In this document: positions 37,547 through 47,048 of the stretch, piece after piece | How positions within the stretch are numbered: position 1 is the stretch's first letter | Layout: each line of letters starts with the position of its first letter | NCBI GenBank assembly: GCA_964645605.1 | Contig: CAZYCE010000001.1 | Location: 128,063-192,062 of the forward strand | Direction of reading: 5' to 3' | Length of the DNA stretch: 64,000 nt | Source: an uncultured Gammaproteobacteria bacterium | GTDB lineage: Bacteria; Patescibacteriota; Microgenomatia; UBA8517 | Notes under the pieces: generated by a model | Seen by the model: the letters and a program-made list of their open reading frames with translations, nothing else | The model's database searches: none | Told to the model about the DNA's origin: nothing | Made by a program: the position numbers and the translations under genes

Positions 37547-39256
37547 GTGAGTATGGATCTAACTACCTTTGCGGGCTATTTAGACAAACTTGAAAAAACC
37601 GCATCAAGACTCGAGATAACGCAAATTTTATCAAACTTGCTTAAAGAGGCTTCCTCTTCCGAAATTGACAAAGCAGTATATTTGTCCTTGGGTGTTTTGG
37701 CGCCAAATTATGAAGGAGTTATCTTAAATTTGGCCGAAAAAATGATGCTCAGGGTGCTTTCTTTGGCGTATGGTATTTCCCTGGATGAGGTTAAATCAGA
37801 ATACAAAAGAAAGGGGGATATAGGAAACGTTGCTCAAGAACTAAGCGAAAAGCAAGGGTTCAAGGGTGAAAGTGTGTCGGTGGCGGAGATTTATGAAAAT
37901 CTTTTTGCGATAGCAAAGGACTCCGGGGAGGGGTCTCAGGATCGGAAAATTGAAAAAATGGCCAAAATTCTCTCGGAGATTGACCCTGAAAGCGCCCGGT
38001 TTATTGCCAGAATTCCGGTGGGTAGGCTCAGGCTTGGTTTTTCAGAAAAAACCGTGCTTGATGCACTTTCTTCGATGAGCGGAGTACCGAGTACTGAAAT
38101 TGAAAGTGCATACAATATTCATCCCGATATTGGTTATATTGCCAAACTTGTTAAAGACAATAAACTTGAATCGGCTGTGCCGGAAATAGGGGTTCCTGTT
38201 GTTCCGATGCTTGCAGCCAGGCTAAATTCTCCCACGGAAATGATCAAAAAGATGGGTGAAGTTTCGGTAGAACCCAAATTTGACGGTTTAAGAATTTTTA
38301 TTCATTACAAAAAGAAGGGAGATGTTGTGAAGATCTTTACCCGCAACATGAATTCGATTCCCCTTGAGACATTTCCGGAATTAAAAGATGTGGGCAAGTT
38401 TATAAAAGCGAGGGATGCAATACTTGATTCTGAAGCTATTGGGGTAGATCCTGAGCGCGAAATGTTTTTGGATTTCCAGAAAACAATTCAAAGACGAAGA
38501 AAGTACGAGATTACCAAAAACGCATCCGAGATTCCTCTTCAGTTCCAGGTTTTTGATATATTGCTTCTTAATGGCAAAAGTATGATTCAGGTGCCGTATT
38601 TAGACCGCCGTGAAGCGCTTAAGAAGGTGGTTGTTAATGACTCACTTTTGAAAGTTGATGAGAATACTGTTACAAGCGATCCCGAGGTGATAAAGGAACT
38701 CCATCAAAAATATCTCAAAAAAAACCTCGAGGGAGTGGTTGTTAAAAAAACTAAAGCAGGATATATTTCCGGGCGAACCGGTTGGAATTGGGTAAAGATG
38801 AAAGAAGTTGAAGGGACTCGCGGAAAACTTTCCGATACTATCGACTGCGTAATCATGGGATATACTGCCGGGAAAGGGAAGAGAGCGGACTTTGGGATGG
38901 GGCAATTTTTAGCAGGGATAAGGGATGGGGACAAGTTTAAGACGTTGACAAAGGTGGGAACAGGGTTAACTGATGAACAATTTAAAGAACTTAAAAAAAG
39001 GCTTTTTAAGATTTCTTCGGTAAGCAAGCCAAAAGAATACGAGGTGGATAAAGACTTAATCCCCGATTTCTGGGTTATGCCAAAAGTTGTGGTTGAGCTT
39101 GCAGCCGATGAAATTACAATCAGTCCCAAGCACACGGCAGGCCTTGCCTTGAGATTTCCCAGACTGGTTAGGTTTCGCGATGACAGAGGTGCCTCCGATA
39201 TTACTTCATTGAGCGAGCTGAAAGACCTATTTAGATTGCAGAAAAGTTCCAGTTGA
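37547..39256 (+). CDS. ATP-dependent DNA ligase
   Basis: Motif I KxDGxR (EPKFDGLRIF), downstream nucleotidyltransferase motifs and an OB domain, 569 aa. Confidence 0.85.
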   Translation: MSMDLTTFAGYLDKLEKTASRLEITQILSNLLKEASSSEIDKAVYLSLGVLAPNYEGVILNLAEKMMLRVLSLAYGISLDEVKSEYKRKGDIGNVAQELSEKQGFKGESVSVAEIYENLFAIAKDSGEGSQDRKIEKMAKILSEIDPESARFIARIPVGRLRLGFSEKTVLDALSSMSGVPSTEIESAYNIHPDIGYIAKLVKDNKLESAVPEIGVPVVPMLAARLNSPTEMIKKMGEVSVEPKFDGLRIFIHYKKKGDVVKIFTRNMNSIPLETFPELKDVGKFIKARDAILDSEAIGVDPEREMFLDFQKTIQRRRKYEITKNASEIPLQFQVFDILLLNGKSMIQVPYLDRREALKKVVVNDSLLKVDENTVTSDPEVIKELHQKYLKKNLEGVVVKKTKAGYISGRTGWNWVKMKEVEGTRGKLSDTIDCVIMGYTAGKGKRADFGMGQFLAGIRDGDKFKTLTKVGTGLTDEQFKELKKRLFKISSVSKPKEYEVDKDLIPDFWVMPKVVVELAADEITISPKHTAGLALRFPRLVRFRDDRGASDITSLSELKDLFRLQKSSS

Positions 39257-39413
39257 CCAGAGTGCCAAATTTGTGAAAAGATAATAATAGTTTGGGGCAT
39301 GCCATTCTGAAGCCCGGTCTAGATATAGACCCTCCTTCGCCAAGGCTATAGAAGGGTTGCCTATTATCGATAAAACATATATAAAGGCGGAGGGCGAAAG
39401 GTGGTGATCATTT

Positions 39414-39743
39414 ATGGCAGCAGCCGAGAAAAGTTTTAAAAAGGAAACGGCAGGGGCATTATCCTATGTTTTGGGACCGGTCACGGGGATATTTTTTTTG
39501 GTAACCAATAAAGACCCTTTTGTCAGGTTCCACGCAAAGCAATCTACGGTAGTTTTTACCATACTACCTGTATTACAGTGGGTTTTGGGAATTACCATTA
39601 TTTTTATCCCGTTATCAGTAGTTGTTGGACTTGTCATCTTTATTCTTTGGCTTATTTTGATTTATAAAGCCTGGCAAGGACAAGAATGGGAAGTCCCTTT
39701 CTTGGGCAAGATATCCAGGAACTTGCTAAAGAAGGTAAAATAA
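39414..39743 (+). CDS. DUF4870-like small membrane protein
   Basis: FHAKQS motif and two TM helices typical of the DUF4870/Tic20-like family. Confidence 0.55.
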   Translation: MAAAEKSFKKETAGALSYVLGPVTGIFFLVTNKDPFVRFHAKQSTVVFTILPVLQWVLGITIIFIPLSVVVGLVIFILWLILIYKAWQGQEWEVPFLGKISRNLLKKVK

Positions 39744-39752
39744 GGTGTCAAA

Positions 39753-40325
39753 GTGTTTAAAGACAGGATCGAGGCGGGCCGGATTCTCGCTCGGGAGCTG
39801 CTCCCCTTCAAAAAAGGGAGTGATTTAGTTGCCGCGATTCCCCGAGGCGGAATTGTTGTTGGATATGAAATCTCTAGGTTATTAAAACTTCCTTTAGTGC
39901 CGCTTGTTGTTAAGAAAGTCCCCACACCGGGCGAGCCTGAGCTTGCTGCCGGGGCGGTCGGGCCGGAAGGGTTCTCCACAGGTAAAAAAAGCAGAAAGAT
40001 AGAAAAAAAGGTTTCCGAAAGAATTGAAAAATACGGCCGGCAAACGGATTTTGAGGGAAAAAGAATAATTCTTACCGACGACGGGGTGGCAACTGGCGCA
40101 ACAATCGAAACCGCGGTTTTTTATCTGAAGGAAAAGAAGGTGGCGCTAATTACAGTTGCCGTGCCGGTTGTGACTAAAAAGGGGTTTGAAAGATTGGCAC
40201 TCTTAGCTGACAGAATTGTGGCGATAACGGCCCCGGGTGAATTTACCTCGATAGGCGAATTTTACGAAAATTTTACTCAGGTTACGGATGAGGAAGTGAT
40301 ACAATTGCTTCAGAGACAAAAATGA
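39753..40325 (+). CDS. type I phosphoribosyltransferase-fold protein
   Basis: PRPP-binding motif ILTDDGVATGAT. Confidence 0.75.
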   Translation: MFKDRIEAGRILARELLPFKKGSDLVAAIPRGGIVVGYEISRLLKLPLVPLVVKKVPTPGEPELAAGAVGPEGFSTGKKSRKIEKKVSERIEKYGRQTDFEGKRIILTDDGVATGATIETAVFYLKEKKVALITVAVPVVTKKGFERLALLADRIVAITAPGEFTSIGEFYENFTQVTDEEVIQLLQRQK

Positions 40326-40825
40326 AATTAATAATAGGAATTGGAAATCCGGGAGAAGATTACGCAAAAACAAGGCATAATGTCGGCCATATGTTTATTG
40401 ACCAGCTAAAAATCGAAATTTCGAAATCCAAATTTCTAATTTCTAATCAAATCTTAATTTTTAAATCTCAAAACTTCATGAATGAATCCGGTAATTTTGT
40501 CAGCGAATTAATTCATCGATATAAAATCCACCCATCGGATTTATATATTGTTCACGATGATTTAGATATTTTACTTGGAAAATATAAAATTCAGTTCGGC
40601 AAAGGTCCCAAAGATCATAACGGTCTGAATTCGATTAATGAGGCTCTCAGAGGAAATGAATACTGGCATGTGAGAATCGGAGTGGACAATAGATCGACTG
40701 ATTCGCGTCCGATGGGGGAAGAATATGTCCTGCAAAGTTTTTCTGATGAAGAAACTGTCATAATTGAGAAAACCATAAAAGAAGCATGCAAAAAATTGGA
40801 GACATTGTTAAAAAATACAAATTAG
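40322..40825 (+). CDS. pth: peptidyl-tRNA hydrolase
   Basis: MKLIIGIGNPGEDYAKTRHNVGHMF N-terminus and the FMNESG motif. Confidence 0.85.
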   Translation: MKLIIGIGNPGEDYAKTRHNVGHMFIDQLKIEISKSKFLISNQILIFKSQNFMNESGNFVSELIHRYKIHPSDLYIVHDDLDILLGKYKIQFGKGPKDHNGLNSINEALRGNEYWHVRIGVDNRSTDSRPMGEEYVLQSFSDEETVIIEKTIKEACKKLETLLKNTN

Positions 40826-41067
40826 AGGATAGGGACAAGTATGTAAGCCGGGAGTTTCAAAAGTATGCTTACGACCTCGCGGTTGAACTTAATGATTTGT
40901 CACATAAATCCCTCTACATGAAGCTAGCTAAAGATACTCCGCGAATTTTAATGGAAAAAGCTAGAAGTTTTGTTAAGGATGCTACAAATGCGAGATCAAA
41001 AGGAAAGCTGTTTATGTGGAAATTGCAGCAGTTGAAAGCTGAAGCGAAAGTAAAAAAGAACACGTAG
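40786..41067 (+). CDS. hypothetical small basic protein (start uncertain; overlaps pth 3' end)
   Basis: ORF only. The true start may be an internal Met downstream of the pth stop. Confidence 0.3.
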   Translation: MQKIGDIVKKYKLEDRDKYVSREFQKYAYDLAVELNDLSHKSLYMKLAKDTPRILMEKARSFVKDATNARSKGKLFMWKLQQLKAEAKVKKNT

Positions 41068-41084
41068 AAAAAATTTTCACCGGA

Positions 41085-41408
41085 ATGAAAAATGATAATT
41101 TTTTTAAAATGGTTTATCAGGTTGTCAGAGGAATCCCTCTGGGGCTTGTAATGAGCTACGGACAAATTGCTCAAGAACTTGATATGCCCCGTGCGGCTCG
41201 TGAAGTTGGCTGGGCATTGAGCCGGGTCAGGGACGGCGATATTGTTCCTTGGTGGAGAGTAGTTAATAATCAAGGCAGAGTGAGCATCAAAGGTAAATAT
41301 TCAGCCGAAGAACAGCGTCAGCTACTGATCCAGGAAGGTATAGAAATTCTTGACGATTTTACTTTTGATATAGAAAAATACAGATACACTCCTGGGGAAA
41401 GTAGTTAA
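41085..41408 (+). CDS. alkyltransferase-like (ATL) protein: O6-alkylguanine-DNA alkyltransferase DNA-binding domain with Trp in place of the acceptor Cys
   Basis: The VPWWRVVNNQG motif aligns to the PCHRVV active site of Ogt/Ada, but with W instead of C, as in ATL proteins. 107 aa, no N-terminal domain. Confidence 0.65.
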   Translation: MKNDNFFKMVYQVVRGIPLGLVMSYGQIAQELDMPRAAREVGWALSRVRDGDIVPWWRVVNNQGRVSIKGKYSAEEQRQLLIQEGIEILDDFTFDIEKYRYTPGESS

Positions 41409-41437
41409 AAAATGTGACATAATGAGTACATACTGCC

Positions 41438-41971
41438 ATGAAACGGGAACTGTTTATTCACTTTGCTTTTTGGTTTGCGTTTTTTGTCTTGATCTCCATT
41501 TTTAAAAATTATTTGTCCTTGTCCTACTGGCCGTTTTGGGTTGGGGGAATCGTTGGGAATTTCCTTCCTGATATCGATCATTTGATTTATGTTTTCTTCT
41601 TAAATCCGCAGGAGTTAACTTCACAGAGAGTCAACTTCCTTATTAAAAAACGCGAAATCTCAAGGGTATTATCTCTTCTTTATGAAACAAGAAGAGAGAG
41701 GCTAGGACTAGTTTTTCACACATTCATATTTCAAATAATATTTTATGTTTTTTCGTTCTTTATAGTTACCTCAACTACGTCAATTTTTGTACATGGAATA
41801 GTCATCGCACTATCAATGCATCTTGCTGTCGATCAGTTGGTGGATTATTTAGAGATGAAGAATTTGAGTAATTGGGGACAGCTATTTTCTCCAGAGGTCG
41901 ATTTACGAATGGCCGGTTTTTACGTTTCCGCAGCATTTCTGCTAGCTACTTTGATGGGGGTTCTGATCTAG
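41438..41971 (+). CDS. polytopic membrane protein (possible membrane-bound metal-dependent hydrolase, DUF457-like)
   Basis: LPDIDHLIY motif within TM helices. Confidence 0.4.
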   Translation: MKRELFIHFAFWFAFFVLISIFKNYLSLSYWPFWVGGIVGNFLPDIDHLIYVFFLNPQELTSQRVNFLIKKREISRVLSLLYETRRERLGLVFHTFIFQIIFYVFSFFIVTSTTSIFVHGIVIALSMHLAVDQLVDYLEMKNLSNWGQLFSPEVDLRMAGFYVSAAFLLATLMGVLI

Positions 41972-41975
41972 GTTT

Positions 41976-42503
41976 TTATTCTTTGCAGCAGTCGAGGGCT
42001 TTGTCTATTATGTCCCCGATTTTGGAAAAAACCGAGCTCGAGGTAGTTTTACTATTTTTATCATTTGCAAATGTAATTTTTTCTCGCATTTGCTTAGAGT
42101 CAGAAAATTTCGAAAGGTTTAAAGCCCAAAATAAAGAATATAGCTTGTAGGATTTTTCGAAGAGGAAGTTTGCTTCCTTTTTATTGCCTTTTTTAAGCTC
42201 CTTGGTGCCTACTTCCATCATTCTCATAGAACTTGAAAGTAGGTGTTTACTAATGCACCAAACCTCTCCCGCAGGATCTTTGACAATATTCTTCATCAGA
42301 TCTGTTCTCATCAGCCTGACCTCGTTGAGAAGGTCGAGATATTTTTCATCGCCCGTTTTTTGGGATGTAAAAAATAGATGCTCTTCGATGGAAATTAAGT
42401 TCATTATTCCGATAGAAAGGTCTTCGCCGGAGGAGAGGTCGATGTTTTTATCAATTTTTACTTTCTCGACCGCCTTTAATAATTCTTTATAGTTTTTAAA
42501 CAT
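41976..42503 (-). CDS. hypothetical protein
   Basis: 175-aa ORF, no motifs recognised. Confidence 0.4.
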   Translation of the reverse strand: MFKNYKELLKAVEKVKIDKNIDLSSGEDLSIGIMNLISIEEHLFFTSQKTGDEKYLDLLNEVRLMRTDLMKNIVKDPAGEVWCISKHLLSSSMRMMEVGTKELKKGNKKEANFLFEKSYKLYSLFWALNLSKFSDSKQMREKITFANDKNSKTTSSSVFSKIGDIIDKALDCCKE

Positions 42504-42511
42504 ATAATTAA

Positions 42512-42952
42512 TTATTTAGTAATTAACCAAAAAACAATAGAACCAATTATAAGACCAATTATAGGGAATACAACTTTTTGAAATTGAAACAGTTGTTTTC
42601 CTTTTATTTTTCTTTCCTTTTTATCTGCCCACGCACCGATAAGGAAAAGTATAGAACCGACTATCGTTCCCAAAATAATTTTGTCTATTCCCCAAAGACG
42701 GTTTAAAGGAAGTCCTATTGAGTGATTCATTTTAAGTGGAAGAAATACAAGTAAATACATTAAGGCAACAATAGGGAGAGTAAAACGTCTAATTTTTATC
42801 TTTGGCCACTTTTTTTCAATCCAATTTAGTGTTGCAAATGAAAAGGAAAGGACGAAAGCTCCAATCCAAATTGAGACAACGGTATCGTCAATGCCTAGAA
42901 GTCTGGAAAGACCTAATCCTGCAATGACGGTTACTGTACAAACAGGGCACAT
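42512..42952 (-). CDS. membrane protein with N-terminal CPVC motif
   Basis: 146 aa with 4 predicted TM helices, beginning MCPVCTVTV. It is the last gene of the minus-strand copper-cluster arm. Confidence 0.45.
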   Translation of the reverse strand: MCPVCTVTVIAGLGLSRLLGIDDTVVSIWIGAFVLSFSFATLNWIEKKWPKIKIRRFTLPIVALMYLLVFLPLKMNHSIGLPLNRLWGIDKIILGTIVGSILFLIGAWADKKERKIKGKQLFQFQKVVFPIIGLIIGSIVFWLITK

Positions 42953-43004
42953 ATTATAAAAAACTTACAATTTACAATTTACAAATAAAACTTCAATTTT
43001 ACAA

Positions 43005-43223
43005 TTAGGAAACAGAGTATCCGGACTTTTTAATCACCTCGATTACTTTTCTCTCATCGTGTTTGCCCTCAACTTCCAGTGATGAATTAGCATAGGAGCA
43101 TTTTGCATTTATTCCGGCATCCTCCAGATCAAGTTCAATCATGGCTGCGCAACTGGCACAGTGCATGCCGGTAATTTTGTAAATTTTTTTGGTCGATTCA
43201 AGTTTTGTCATAAATTTATTCAA
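43005..43223 (-). CDS. copZ: copper chaperone CopZ (heavy-metal-associated domain)
   Basis: HMA motif GMHCASCA, 72 aa. Confidence 0.85.
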   Translation of the reverse strand: MNKFMTKLESTKKIYKITGMHCASCAAMIELDLEDAGINAKCSYANSSLEVEGKHDERKVIEVIKKSGYSVS

Positions 43224-44220
43224 TTATATTAAATGATCCAGTGTACATTCCCATACTACAAGTGTAGGTCAGGTTCCCGAGTTTCCTGGGTGTAAACTCC
43301 AAGACTTTCGTTCCCGTTTGGGGAAGAAGTTCGGATATTTCATAATCGGGAATAGTAAAAGCCCTTGAGCAACCGGCGACTCCATTCATGACAAGTGTGA
43401 GCTTAACGGGGACCCCTGCTTTGAGTGTTTTGACATCTGAAGAGTAGCCTCGGGATGTAACAGTAATTGTTGCCTCCTGAAACCCGTCGGCAACCCTAGC
43501 TGAGACTTCGGATCCAGAATTTTCTTCAAATGCGGCTTTCCGGTAATTTTGAATAGTGTGCACCGAGCCCCTAAGAACCTGACCGCTATTAATGGAAATT
43601 ATCCCCAAAACTGCAACAACGACGGCGGCAAGAACGGCAAAAGTTTTACGCTTCAAAAGCTCCGTTGTGGCGGATCCTATTACAAAAAATACAGGGGAAG
43701 TTCCTAGAATAAAGAAGAAAAGAATAAGTGAGGAGATAACGGGGTTTCCTGCCGAAATTGACAAAAGCATCATAGCCTGAGTCACGCCGCAGGGGATAAG
43801 TACGGTCAAAGTTCCCAAAAATGCTGGCGTAAAAAATGATTTAACTTTTGTTTGGTTTCTTAAAAGCTTAAAAATAAACTTGGGAGGAGTAATCACAAAG
43901 TGTTTAAAGAGGGGATGTAAATTTGCAAGGTTTGCTGCAGTTATAAGCATGTATACGCCGATTGCTATCTGAAATATTCCCTGGACTTTCGGTGTAACTA
44001 TTAATTTTGCGCCGAGGAGTCCCAGGCCAAATCCGAGAGTAGTATAGGCAATAAGCTTGGCGATAAGGAAAACTATCAGACTTTGATTTTTGAATTTTTT
44101 AGATATATTAATTTCTTCATCGGTGGCGATTGCTGAGGCAAGAAGACTGCCCTGAACGGCAAAACAAGAAACACCGCCCGTAGTTAACCCCGTAATGAAT
44201 GCGAGAAAATATTGGTTCAT
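43216..44220 (-). CDS. CcdA/DsbD-like two-Cys membrane domain fused to a C-terminal cupredoxin-like domain
   Basis: TM Cys pair (GGVSCFAVQG ... LIPCGVTQ) as in CcdA. The C-terminal ~100 aa (TIPDYEISELLP...YTCSMGMYTGSFNII) is paralogous to the stand-alone cupredoxin at 44569-44928. Start trimmed to the ATG at 44220 so the csoR promoter is intergenic. Confidence 0.55.
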   Translation of the reverse strand: MNQYFLAFITGLTTGGVSCFAVQGSLLASAIATDEEINISKKFKNQSLIVFLIAKLIAYTTLGFGLGLLGAKLIVTPKVQGIFQIAIGVYMLITAANLANLHPLFKHFVITPPKFIFKLLRNQTKVKSFFTPAFLGTLTVLIPCGVTQAMMLLSISAGNPVISSLILFFFILGTSPVFFVIGSATTELLKRKTFAVLAAVVVAVLGIISINSGQVLRGSVHTIQNYRKAAFEENSGSEVSARVADGFQEATITVTSRGYSSDVKTLKAGVPVKLTLVMNGVAGCSRAFTIPDYEISELLPQTGTKVLEFTPRKLGNLTYTCSMGMYTGSFNIIE

Positions 44221-44223
44221 TGT

Positions 44224-44277
44224 TTGACATTTAGCATAGAGAAGTTCTATACTAATGTCAATCCCCCCCGGGGGGAT
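44224..44277 (+). promoter_or_regulatory. csoR promoter (TTGACA-18-TATACT) with a C7/G6 palindrome candidate CsoR operator
   Basis: TTGACA at 44224-44229 and TATACT at 44248-44253. ATCCCCCCCGGGGGGAT at 44261-44277 lies 13 nt before the csoR ATG. The G/C-tract inverted repeat resembles known CsoR operators. Confidence 0.55.
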
Positions 44278-44289
44278 GCCAAAAAAACC

Positions 44290-44562
44290 ATGCAAATACA
44301 CCACAGTGAGGATACAAAAAAAGAAATAATTCACAGACTCCTGATTGCCAAGGGGCACTTGGAGAAAGTGATCTCTATGGTTGAAAAGGACGATTACTGT
44401 ATTGATATTGTTCACCAGTCAATCGCTGTTCAGGCAGCCTTGAAAAAAGCCGATGAGGCGGTATTGGAAAATCATCTGAAGACCTGTGTTGCAGATTCTA
44501 TAAGGCGCGGAGAAACCGATAAGGTAGTGGGAGAGGTTATGGAGGTACTTCAGAAAAAGTAA
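44290..44562 (+). CDS. csoR: copper-sensing repressor CsoR (CsoR/RcnR family, DUF156)
   Basis: HSEDTKKEIIHRLLIAKGHLEKV...YCIDIVHQ...KTCV gives the Cys-His-Cys metal ligand pattern of CsoR. Start taken at the ATG at 44290. Confidence 0.8.
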   Translation: MQIHHSEDTKKEIIHRLLIAKGHLEKVISMVEKDDYCIDIVHQSIAVQAALKKADEAVLENHLKTCVADSIRRGETDKVVGEVMEVLQKK

Positions 44563-44568
44563 AAGAAT

Positions 44569-44928
44569 ATGATCGATAAAATTTTTGTGGCATTGGCAGG
44601 AGCGTCTCTAGTGGGATTTATTTATTGGTTTTTCTTTGGCAAAAAAACTGAGGCCTATGAGGTTGGCGGCAATAAAATGAATCTCATTGTCGACGGGGGT
44701 TACAAACCCTCCGTTATAAAAGTCAAAAAGGGAATTATGACAACAATTTCGATCTACCGTAAAGACCCCAGTACTTGTTTGGAGGAATTTATTTTGCCGG
44801 ATTTCAAAATCAGCAAATATTTGCCTCTTGGGAAGAATATTGAAATTAAGATTACTCCGACCAAGTCAGGGGAGTTCCCGTTCCATTGCGGAATGAATAT
44901 GTTTCATGGAAAGGTGATAGTTGAATGA
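44569..44928 (+). CDS. cupredoxin-like small protein with N-terminal TM anchor
   Basis: FHCGMNMFHG C-terminal motif. Paralogous to the C-terminal domain of the 43216-44220 gene. It sits between csoR and copA. Confidence 0.6.
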   Translation: MIDKIFVALAGASLVGFIYWFFFGKKTEAYEVGGNKMNLIVDGGYKPSVIKVKKGIMTTISIYRKDPSTCLEEFILPDFKISKYLPLGKNIEIKITPTKSGEFPFHCGMNMFHGKVIVE

Positions 44929-47039
44929 AAAATACCGTTAAAAAAACATTTCCGATTATCGGTATGCATTGTGCATCATGCGCAAGGCTTATCGAAAGGA
45001 GTCTTGCCAGGGTACCTGGTGTGGTTTCTTCCGCTGTGAATTACGGCAGTGAATCTGCCGCAGTTGAGATAGATGAATATTTGGTCAAGGATGCGGATCT
45101 TGCGAAAGCGGTTGAGGGGACAGGTTATAAAGCAGTGTTTGCGGAAGACGGCGGTAAAAAGACCCCAGATGAGATTAAGGAAGAAGCGAAAGAAAGGGAA
45201 CTTCGGAAGTTGAGGGTAAAAGTTATCGTCTCGGGGATCTTGGCAGCTATAATTTTTTTGGGAAGTTTTTCCGAACTTTTTGGGATTAATCTGAACCCTT
45301 TAATTCTTCTTGCCTTGGCAACTCCGGTTCAGTTTTGGGCGGGACGCGAATTCTATCTTGCGACATGGGCAGGTTTAAAAAACAGGGCCGCCAGCATGGA
45401 CACATTAATTGCAATCGGAACTACCGCCGCATATGGGTATTCAATAGCTTCTATATTCGGGCTTGTTAAAGGAATGTACTTTGACACGGCAGCGGTCATT
45501 ATTGCTCTAATTCTTTTGGGGAGGTTTTTGGAAGCAAAGGCCAAACTTCACACATCAGATTCCATTAAAAAACTCTTAGGTCTTCAGGCAAAAACTGCAC
45601 GGGTTATCCGGGACGGAAAAGAGTTCGACATTTCGATAGAAAAAGTAAAAGTGGGGGATCTCATTCGCGTACGGCCGGGGGAAAAAATACCTGTGGATGG
45701 CGTAATTACTGAAGGGGAAACCTCTATCGATGAATCAATGGTAACAGGAGAGTCGATCCCTGTTGATAAAACAGCCGGAATGAGTGTCATAGGATCAACT
45801 ATCAATAAATCCGGAAGCTTCGTATTTAAAACTACCAAAATAGGACGCGAAACCATGCTTGCGCGTATTGTGGAAATGGTTAAAGAAGCTCAGAGCTCAC
45901 GCGCCCCAATCCAAAGGACGGCCGACCTTGTTTCGTCTTATTTTGTGCCAATTGTTTTAATGATTGCCGTCCTGACATTTGTTGTGTGGTACGTGCTTGG
46001 CTTTCCTGTTTCCGCCTTTATTAATCTAGTGGCAGTACTTATTATTGCCTGCCCGTGTGCAATGGGTCTGGCTACCCCAACCGCAATAATGGTTGGTACC
46101 GGAAAAGGGGCCGAGCAGGGGATTTTGGTAAAAGATGCATCAAGCCTGGAGACAGCGCACAAAATTAATACTATTATCTTCGATAAAACAGGGACCCTGA
46201 CTAGTGGAAAGCCCGTAGTGACCGACATTTCAGACTCCAAAATACTTTCAATTGTGGGGTCGATGGAGCTTGGATCGGAACACTCGTTGGGGGAAACGAT
46301 TCTTACCTACGCAAAGGACAAAAAGGTAAAATTAACCAAGGTAACCGGTTTTAAATCGATTACGGGACGCGGAATTAGGGGCGTAGTAGGCGGCAAAAAA
46401 TATTTTTTTGGAAAGATAGATGAAAAGAGTGATGAAGTTAAAAGACTGGAAGAAGACGGTAAAACAGTAATGGGACTTACCTCCGAAAACAAATTTTTAG
46501 GTTATATAGCCGTTTTAGATGTTTTAAAAGATGGAGTGGTGGGTGTGATTAAAAAATTAAATAAAAAGGGTATTGAGACATGGATGGTAACGGGGGATAA
46601 CGAAAGAACTGCCAAGGCTATCGCAAAACAGGCAGGGATTGAAAATGTGATGGCGGAAGTTCTGCCTGACGAAAAGGCCGCAAAGGTTGGGGAGTTTAAA
46701 AATGTTGCATTTGTAGGCGATGGAGTAAATGACGCCCCGGCGTTAGCAGCGGCAGATATAGGAATCGCCATGGGAACCGGAACTGATGTTGCAATGGAGT
46801 CGGCCGGTATTACACTTTTAAATAAAGATTTTAGTTCTATCTTATCTGCTATCAACTTAAGTAAGGCTACGATGAGCATAATTAAGCAAAATTTGTTTTG
46901 GGCATTCGGATATAACATTATTTTAATTCCGGCTGCCGCGTTTGGGATGCTTAATCCGATGTTGGCATCCTTTGCCATGGCTGCCTCGTCCATCTCGGTA
47001 GTGGGGAATTCCCTGAGGCTCAGGGCTGCCAAAATTTGA
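44925..47039 (+). CDS. copA: copper-translocating P1B-type ATPase
   Basis: N-terminal HMA (GMHCASCA), TM CPC motif (ACPCAMGLATP), DKTGTLT phosphorylation site, and the GDGVNDAP hinge. Confidence 0.9.
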   Translation: MKNTVKKTFPIIGMHCASCARLIERSLARVPGVVSSAVNYGSESAAVEIDEYLVKDADLAKAVEGTGYKAVFAEDGGKKTPDEIKEEAKERELRKLRVKVIVSGILAAIIFLGSFSELFGINLNPLILLALATPVQFWAGREFYLATWAGLKNRAASMDTLIAIGTTAAYGYSIASIFGLVKGMYFDTAAVIIALILLGRFLEAKAKLHTSDSIKKLLGLQAKTARVIRDGKEFDISIEKVKVGDLIRVRPGEKIPVDGVITEGETSIDESMVTGESIPVDKTAGMSVIGSTINKSGSFVFKTTKIGRETMLARIVEMVKEAQSSRAPIQRTADLVSSYFVPIVLMIAVLTFVVWYVLGFPVSAFINLVAVLIIACPCAMGLATPTAIMVGTGKGAEQGILVKDASSLETAHKINTIIFDKTGTLTSGKPVVTDISDSKILSIVGSMELGSEHSLGETILTYAKDKKVKLTKVTGFKSITGRGIRGVVGGKKYFFGKIDEKSDEVKRLEEDGKTVMGLTSENKFLGYIAVLDVLKDGVVGVIKKLNKKGIETWMVTGDNERTAKAIAKQAGIENVMAEVLPDEKAAKVGEFKNVAFVGDGVNDAPALAAADIGIAMGTGTDVAMESAGITLLNKDFSSILSAINLSKATMSIIKQNLFWAFGYNIILIPAAAFGMLNPMLASFAMAASSISVVGNSLRLRAAKI

Positions 47040-47048
47040 GTTAGGCTC

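Noticed and set aside
40381-40460. Periodic AAATTTCTAATTTCTAATCAAATCTTAATTTTTAAATCTC low-complexity run that looked like short direct repeats
   Set aside because: It lies inside the pth coding frame (LKIEISKSKFLISNQILIFKSQNF). The region aligns to the normal Pth core (K..FMNESG), so it is AT-biased coding sequence, not a CRISPR-like or regulatory repeat.
44212-44289. N-terminal extensions of csoR (from 44212) and of the minus-strand CcdA-cupredoxin gene (to 44415), which would overlap each other by ~200 nt
   Set aside because: A consensus divergent promoter and the palindromic operator occupy this interval. Internal ATGs at 44290 (plus) and 44220 (minus) give proteins starting at conserved positions, so the overlaps are ORF-caller artefacts.
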